A stretch of 11,461 bases of DNA, from the UHGV virus genome UHGV-1556960, one strand, 5' to 3'. Position numbers and translations under genes: made by a program. Shown one piece after another: positions 6,757 to 11,461 of this stretch. The notes beneath the pieces were generated by a model, which worked only from the letters and a program-made list of their open reading frames with translations, was not told where the DNA came from and made no database searches. How positions within the stretch are numbered: the stretch's first letter is position 1; the number at the start of each line of letters is the position of its first letter. Source of the stretch: a virus.

Positions 6757-6759
6757 TAT

Positions 6760-8244
6760 TCATTCATTAAGCCATGCCAGAGCTTCATCAACCTGCGCTT
6801 CGTCTTCGACGCTAAGCACTTCATCCTGGGGAACATAATCCGCCAGCATAGCGAAACAATATGTATCCCAATGGTCTGGTGAGTGCAGGTTGAGTTTTTT
6901 CTTCATATCCTCCTTACTCATCACCTTCCATTGACCTGCGGAGTTAATCCCTACAGGGATTTTCGACGCTTCCTCAATAGTTTCATTACCCTTATCCAGT
7001 CTCATACGACCAGATTTTACGGCCTCTGCGGCTTGAACGTTGGCATAAGCACGTTTATCAAAGTACAGGCTCTTATCTTCACGGCTATGCATCTTTTTAC
7101 CCCAGCGTATACGCTGTACGGTAATACCATAATACTCGTACATCAGATCCGCCGTTGCTTTACCCAGGCCATCGCCGTCTATCGCTATGGTGATATTGGG
7201 GAATCGCTCAGGATTACATTCTGCGAAAATTTTGGCGGCAAGCTGCGTTTCTGTAACGTCTGTGTATTCCAGCATTCGATAGTTGATTACACGGCGTTTA
7301 TTTCGCTGGCCGGACACCATCATGATATTGATAACGGACTTATCCCGTCCTGTACCACCAGCAACGTCCACACATGCAAGCCAGCCCCATCCTTTGGCAA
7401 TCTTGACTTTCCGCCGCGTCGCACGTTCAACCTCATCACGTCCAAGAAGGAATCCGTCCTGTGATTTAGGGAATAGGCCGCGTACCTTAATCATGTACAT
7501 AGGGTTATCACGCCCGCCGTACTCCGCCAGCTTCATTTTGATAAATTCTGGCGTTACCAGCGGTGATTCCTCACTATTAAGCGTGATCGCCGTATAAACG
7601 CCATCTGGGTTACCAGGACGCTTGGCCAGTTTATGGTGAGTATCGTAGAAATAGCCGCTTGGGCGTGTAGGCTGTGACAGTAATAAGATGCGGTTATCCT
7701 GTCCGGTAAGAGCACCGGTGATGATACCGAAAGCTCTATCACTGACACCGGAGGCTTCATCGATAATATACAGAAGATGATCTGCGTGTTCACCGGCGAG
7801 AGCTTCTTCACTTCCCAGACGAAAGCCCTTCGGTACTACAGTCCATACACCTTTACCAGTAACCTCATAGAAAGCGGTTTCTGTCAGAACAAAATAATCA
7901 GCAAGCCATGGAAAACGGCTGGTGGCAGTAGCCCAGTTTATCTTGATGTACTTGAATATACCGGTCATTACCTGCTGAATTTTGTTCGCAACGATAATGG
8001 CTCGGGCACCGGGATACATGATTATGAACAACATGATCATGATAGAAGTCATGTCTGATTTCCCGGTACCGTGGCCAGACGAAACAGATGTCTTGCTACC
8101 CTGTTCCTGCACAGACTCAATAATCAGATCCTGCTGCCAGGTAGGTGTTTTGCCGAACAAAACATCAGCGGCCGCAATCCAGTCATAACGATATAGCGCC
8201 ACCAGCTCGCGCCAACGTGGATCCGTTACGCAACTTCTGGCCAT
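6760..8244 (-). CDS. pacB: PacB, terminase large (ATPase/nuclease) subunit, 494 aa
   Basis: 494-aa ORF directly downstream of pacA with a 1-nt stop/start overlap. Walker A-like GHGTGKS and Walker B-like [10 protein letters not shown] motifs are present. Size matches P1 PacB. Confidence 0.9.
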   Translation of the reverse strand: MARSCVTDPRWRELVALYRYDWIAAADVLFGKTPTWQQDLIIESVQEQGSKTSVSSGHGTGKSDMTSIMIMLFIIMYPGARAIIVANKIQQVMTGIFKYIKINWATATSRFPWLADYFVLTETAFYEVTGKGVWTVVPKGFRLGSEEALAGEHADHLLYIIDEASGVSDRAFGIITGALTGQDNRILLLSQPTRPSGYFYDTHHKLAKRPGNPDGVYTAITLNSEESPLVTPEFIKMKLAEYGGRDNPMYMIKVRGLFPKSQDGFLLGRDEVERATRRKVKIAKGWGWLACVDVAGGTGRDKSVINIMMVSGQRNKRRVINYRMLEYTDVTETQLAAKIFAECNPERFPNITIAIDGDGLGKATADLMYEYYGITVQRIRWGKKMHSREDKSLYFDKRAYANVQAAEAVKSGRMRLDKGNETIEEASKIPVGINSAGQWKVMSKEDMKKKLNLHSPDHWDTYCFAMLADYVPQDEVLSVEDEAQVDEALAWLNE

Positions 8245-9437
8245 TAATCATCATCCCCGTATAGCTTGCGGGTAACTTCTTCGTCTTCCTCCTCGTCTTC
8301 GTCCAGGTCTTGTTCCAGCCATGGGTCGTTTGATACACCTTCAGTATCAACATCTCCATAACCGCCTGTATCAACGATATCGGCGATTTCTTCCCTACGC
8401 TGCTCAATCCACAATGCGGCATCGGCGCGGCGGTTGGCGGCCCGTTCTCGTGCGATTTTATCCAGATCTTCAAGTGATGGAGCGCCAGATGCTGTTTGGT
8501 TTTCCTCATCATCGGTATTGGTCTTAGGAGCACGCAGATCGGCTTTGATTTGCTCCAGCATCAGGGGCGGCACTTTCCCGCCATGCGCCTCGATGAATTC
8601 AGCTGCTTCCAGCACTGACCAGTTATTTTCACGCTTTCGTTCGTATGCCAGCTTAACAATGCCAGCTTGCCCCATAGACAAAGCGTGCTTTTCCGCCTCC
8701 CGGCTTTCTTTTCGATAGTTATTCCGGATGCTGTAAATGGTGTTGATCAGGCTGCTTATCTGCGCGGAACAGCTGTTTAGCATGCTCGCGATACGGTATT
8801 CAGGCGGAGTACCTTCATCATCGTCTTTTTGCTGATCGCGCATTTCCTGCACCAGGCGAATACACGTATCCCTGGCGTTCTCCAGCATAAGGAGATGAGA
8901 AAGAGACTTTTCCAGAAGAGTGGTTTCCAGAACATCGGCCCCGGACCGACGCAACATAGCGCGCGCGGCCTTCCGCGCTTCAACGTTATCTATCAGGTAA
9001 TCGCCAGCTTCGAATTCAAAGCGTTCACCATCATCATCCAGGGTGTCGCGTTCCAGGCGATCACGTAAGGTCCGGTGGGCGCGGGTGATCACGTCATGAT
9101 CATCTGAACGATCATTTATGCGCTTATTTTGGCGCTTCGCATTCTCGACTGCGGCACTGACAACGGCATTAACTCTCTGTTTTTCCGCTATTTCAGCCGC
9201 AATATGATCACCTGCATGTTGATCATTAGAGTGATCAATGATCATGCTTTTTAGTGGCTTCCTGACTGGCTTATTTGGCTTGCGGCTGTCCGCAGTCCTG
9301 GTGTCTTCTTTGAAGGCACGGAGATAACGACGTGCGGTATTAGGGTTAAGATTAAACTCGGCGGCATACTGTGCGATGGTGTAACCACCATCTCGCGCCA
9401 GGCGAGCAAAATTCTTCTTGTGATCGTCCCAGGTCAC
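8244..9437 (-). CDS. pacA: PacA, terminase small / pac-recognition subunit, 397 aa, GTG start
   Basis: 397-aa ORF containing the pac hexamer cluster in its 5' part. Acidic C-terminal tail. GTG start at 9435-9437 preceded by AAGGAAG and an in-frame TAA. Confidence 0.9.
   Translation of the reverse strand: MTWDDHKKNFARLARDGGYTIAQYAAEFNLNPNTARRYLRAFKEDTRTADSRKPNKPVRKPLKSMIIDHSNDQHAGDHIAAEIAEKQRVNAVVSAAVENAKRQNKRINDRSDDHDVITRAHRTLRDRLERDTLDDDGERFEFEAGDYLIDNVEARKAARAMLRRSGADVLETTLLEKSLSHLLMLENARDTCIRLVQEMRDQQKDDDEGTPPEYRIASMLNSCSAQISSLINTIYSIRNNYRKESREAEKHALSMGQAGIVKLAYERKRENNWSVLEAAEFIEAHGGKVPPLMLEQIKADLRAPKTNTDDEENQTASGAPSLEDLDKIARERAANRRADAALWIEQRREEIADIVDTGGYGDVDTEGVSNDPWLEQDLDEDEEEDEEVTRKLYGDDD
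9086..9244. other. pac: pac packaging site: 3 + 4 TGATCA/G hexamers flanking a roughly 90-bp core
   Basis: Hexamers at 9086-9091, 9097-9102 and 9109-9114 (reverse orientation), then 9205-9210, 9220-9225, 9232-9237 and 9239-9244. Each contains a Dam GATC. The 7-hexamer, roughly 160-bp layout inside pacA matches the described P1 pac site. Confidence 0.85.
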
Positions 9438-9522
9438 TTATGCTTCCTTTCGTAAAAACTCTTTTTGACGCGAGGGTAACGAAAGTCACATGTCAAAAGG
9501 CCCGGAACGGGCAAGCAATCAA

Positions 9523-9975
9523 TCAGATACGTGCGGATGTGGCATTACCGTAATGACGGTGCTGACGGGCCACCTTATTGAAAAGTTGACGCGCCATTAC
9601 CCAAGGCTGGTGCTCCCGGCGTTCCTTTTCGTCCTGCGTCATATAGAGTTCGTTCTGGAGTTTTTCATCAAACCGGCGCGGAGCGCGGCTGCGGCGAAAG
9701 AATTCAGGATTCAGAGAGTGGATCTGAAATCTACGTGGGCGTGTACTGTCATCAATCAAAACAGACGAATACTTAGACACAGCGATAGCCTTTAAGCGCA
9801 GATAAACATCGCGCTTATCGACATCCAGATGCGGGTATTCCTTTTCAAGGATTGCTGCGAGTTCTTTCGCTGATAGAAGAGATTTAGTGCGGATCATGTA
9901 ATCCGCAATCTCATACGATGTAATTCGTGAGTGATTTATTTCCATGAAGTGGCGTCCCTGCCAGTTAAGTAACAT
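9523..9975 (-). CDS. lpa: Lpa-position protein (late promoter activator), 150 aa
   Basis: 150-aa basic ORF immediately upstream of pacA with a GGTGA SD, preceded by a promoter carrying a C1 operator. Assigned by position and size. Confidence 0.65.
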   Translation of the reverse strand: MLLNWQGRHFMEINHSRITSYEIADYMIRTKSLLSAKELAAILEKEYPHLDVDKRDVYLRLKAIAVSKYSSVLIDDSTRPRRFQIHSLNPEFFRRSRAPRRFDEKLQNELYMTQDEKERREHQPWVMARQLFNKVARQHRHYGNATSARI

Positions 9976-10012
9976 CCTGTCACCTACTGATTAGCCCATG
10001 TCAACTAATCAA

Positions 10013-10062
10013 CGACGAATATAATACCCTCGATTAAATAAATGGCAATACATTAGAGCAAT
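10013..10062 (-). promoter_or_regulatory. lpa promoter with overlapping C1 operator
   Basis: Minus strand ATTGCTCTAATGTATTG (plus 10046-10062; 14/17) overlaps a TTGCCA -35, with TATTAT as -10 after a 16-nt spacer. Lies between the stop of the 347-aa ORF and lpa. Confidence 0.5.
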
Positions 10063-10063
10063 T

Positions 10064-11107
10064 TTATCTAACGCTCGACGAGTGACTTGTGATAACGCCG
10101 ACTCCAAGCGCGTAATCAAAGAACAATCGTTGATGCATCGCCAGCCTACCGTGCGTCTTCTCCCAATTATCGCGGTCACGCTCAATATCACGCTGGCATG
10201 ACTGGCACAGAGGAATTGCGTAAATGTCATGCGCGCATAATCGACTATGACGAACGATATAAGGCGTAATGCGAGCGCCAGCTCCCGCAGCTCCACATCC
10301 ACAGCACGGACGGGAAGCAACAAAGTCCATGTACTCGGGTAATTTTAGCGATTGCAGTTTTGGTATTTTGAAATGCGCCGTGCCAGGGTCGGAGTCAACA
10401 TCCACAGGGCATACTTTTGCACGCATCGGCGCGGCGCGTTCTTCCATCATCTGAACATATGCTGTAGCGCGATCGTCATACGGGCGAATATCCGCCTCTT
10501 TCAAAGGTCCGCTATCCTGCGGAGCAGCCTTCATCTTATTTATTGATATGCGGCAGACTTCTTCCGGCATCAGGTGCATCATGTTGCGCATGAAAGCCCA
10601 CCAGCACAGCTCCTGAATACTTAAATCATGGCTATTTGAAAGGCCCATTTCCTGACGGGCGACATCCAGTATCCAGTTAACGCGATTATTATGCAGCGTT
10701 TCTTTCAGCTCATTAAAACCACGCATCCGGTAATGGTTATCGTGATGCCAGCACAACAACACCGCGCTATTGTCTCGTTCTGCGTGGACAATATGGTTGT
10801 CACACCAGCTACGATCTGCGGCCTGGCATTGCCCCTCTTTCCTGCGCAACCACGCCACCAGCGAGTCAATTCCACCAATACGGCGAAACAGTTCATCGCT
10901 GTTAAAAAACGGCTGCAACGCCTCATTTGTTGCCATGGTTTGCTCGGTAACAACGAGGCCGTCTTCCATGTGCTCGATTAACTCACGCGGCACCGGCTCC
11001 ATAATAAATTTACGGCCAGCCTCCACCAGCTTTCTGACCTCCTGATCCACTTTGAACGTGGCGAGGCCAAGCTCTTTCTGTACAAAGGGAGTAATTACGG
11101 CTTTCAC
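10064..11107 (-). CDS. 347-aa Cys/His-rich protein at the P1 PdcB position; possible HNH/DUF968-type nuclease-like protein
   Basis: Long minus-strand ORF with an AAAGGTG SD. Contains [23 protein letters not shown] and a C-terminal CCGCG...C..H..C..C cluster. Family assignment is tentative. Confidence 0.65.
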   Translation of the reverse strand: MKAVITPFVQKELGLATFKVDQEVRKLVEAGRKFIMEPVPRELIEHMEDGLVVTEQTMATNEALQPFFNSDELFRRIGGIDSLVAWLRRKEGQCQAADRSWCDNHIVHAERDNSAVLLCWHHDNHYRMRGFNELKETLHNNRVNWILDVARQEMGLSNSHDLSIQELCWWAFMRNMMHLMPEEVCRISINKMKAAPQDSGPLKEADIRPYDDRATAYVQMMEERAAPMRAKVCPVDVDSDPGTAHFKIPKLQSLKLPEYMDFVASRPCCGCGAAGAGARITPYIVRHSRLCAHDIYAIPLCQSCQRDIERDRDNWEKTHGRLAMHQRLFFDYALGVGVITSHSSSVR

Positions 11108-11134
11108 ATTACACCTTTCATCACTGATTGGGCT

Positions 11135-11314
11135 TTATCTGCTGCCCGGCATTCTCTGTTTAAGCACAACCATTTCCTGACGGCATAACACAGCAATAGC
11201 TGTCCTGGCACCAATTTGCTTACCAGCCAGGTATTGCTTTACCTCGCGGCGACTCACGCCATCAAGAAGCATCTTTAACGCTTCACGGGACAATTTGTTG
11301 TATTTGCGTGCCAT
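11135..11314 (-). CDS. Small basic protein (59 aa from the ATG at 11312-11314) between doc and the 347-aa ORF, PdcA position; possible HTH
   Basis: The track ORF 11135..11335 overlaps the doc stop; the internal ATG at 11314 lies just past it. Sequence MARKYNKLSREALKMLLDGVSRREVKQYLAGKQIGARTAIAVL has a helix-turn-helix-like character. Confidence 0.45.
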   Translation of the reverse strand: MARKYNKLSREALKMLLDGVSRREVKQYLAGKQIGARTAIAVLCRQEMVVLKQRMPGSR

Positions 11315-11318
11315 TAAT

Positions 11319-11461
11319 CTACTCCGCAGAACCATACAATCTACGTAACGTGTCGGCGACAGAAGATACAGATATCTCGCCAGTCGCAGCGCCTACAGTA
11401 AGGTCTGCCAGTTCAGGTGAATCAAATACCTGCACCCCGTTGCGGCGTAGAAATAGCAGCG
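11319..11461 (-). CDS. doc: Doc toxin (Fic-fold kinase of the phd-doc addiction module), C-terminal 47 codons only; the gene continues beyond the window
   Basis: The reverse-complement of the window's right end translates to LLFLRRNGVQVFDSPELADLTVGAATGEISVSSVADTLRRLYGSAE-stop, matching the Doc C-terminus I know. Stop codon at 11319-11321. Confidence 0.85.
   Translation of the reverse strand, partial: LLFLRRNGVQVFDSPELADLTVGAATGEISVSSVADTLRRLYGSAE

Noticed and set aside
6456-6770. Plus-strand 104-aa ORF and minus-strand 68-aa ORF (6557..6763) across the icd-ant leader
   Set aside because: The region is dense in hairpins, a terminator and operator sequence, consistent with a regulatory RNA leader rather than coding sequence.
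6883-9068. Plus-strand ORFs of 60-190 aa inside pacB and pacA (6883..7464, 7283..7597, 7777..8058, 7982..8188, 8321..8527, 8434..8718, 8829..9068)
   Set aside because: All are antisense to, or in alternative frames of, long well-supported terminase genes, with no SDs and low-complexity translations; typical spurious ORFs.
10009-10323. Minus-strand 104-aa ORF overlapping the 3' end of the 347-aa gene and the lpa promoter
   Set aside because: Alternative frame of a longer supported ORF; it runs across the operator and promoter.
1-11461. Search for CRISPR arrays, IS elements, tRNA or rRNA genes
   Set aside because: No regularly spaced direct repeats beyond the short TGATCA hexamers, no terminal inverted repeats with a transposase ORF, and no cloverleaf or rRNA-like regions were recognisable by eye.

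Overview
This window is a bacteriophage P1-family phage-plasmid segment covering the loxP-cre recombination module, the immC immunity region (coi-c1) and the packaging region (lpa-pacA-pacB, with the pac site inside pacA). It is presented as the reverse complement of the usual P1 orientation. Minus-strand genes, right to left: doc (3' end only), a small PdcA-position ORF, a 347-aa Cys/His-rich PdcB-position protein, lpa, pacA, pacB, then an icd-ant antirepressor pair, and further left cra, cre, a 103-aa ORF, ref and mat. Plus-strand genes are coi and c1. The most notable observation is an immI-type module (operator, small-RNA leader with a short sense/antisense motif triad, icd, ant with nested Ant1/Ant2 starts) sitting between pacB and c1; as I recall the reference P1 map, immI lies mid-genome next to kilA-repL, so this placement looks non-canonical, but that rests on memory and needs alignment. 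Multiple C1-operator-like 17-mers (ATTGCTCTAATAAATTT family) lie in front of ref, the 103-aa ORF, coi, c1, the icd-ant module and lpa. Cre matches the Cre sequence I know except for two apparent substitutions, suggesting a natural P1 relative rather than a lab Cre cassette. No rRNA, tRNA, CRISPR array or IS element was seen. All identifications are from reading the sequence and recalled knowledge; no searches were run.
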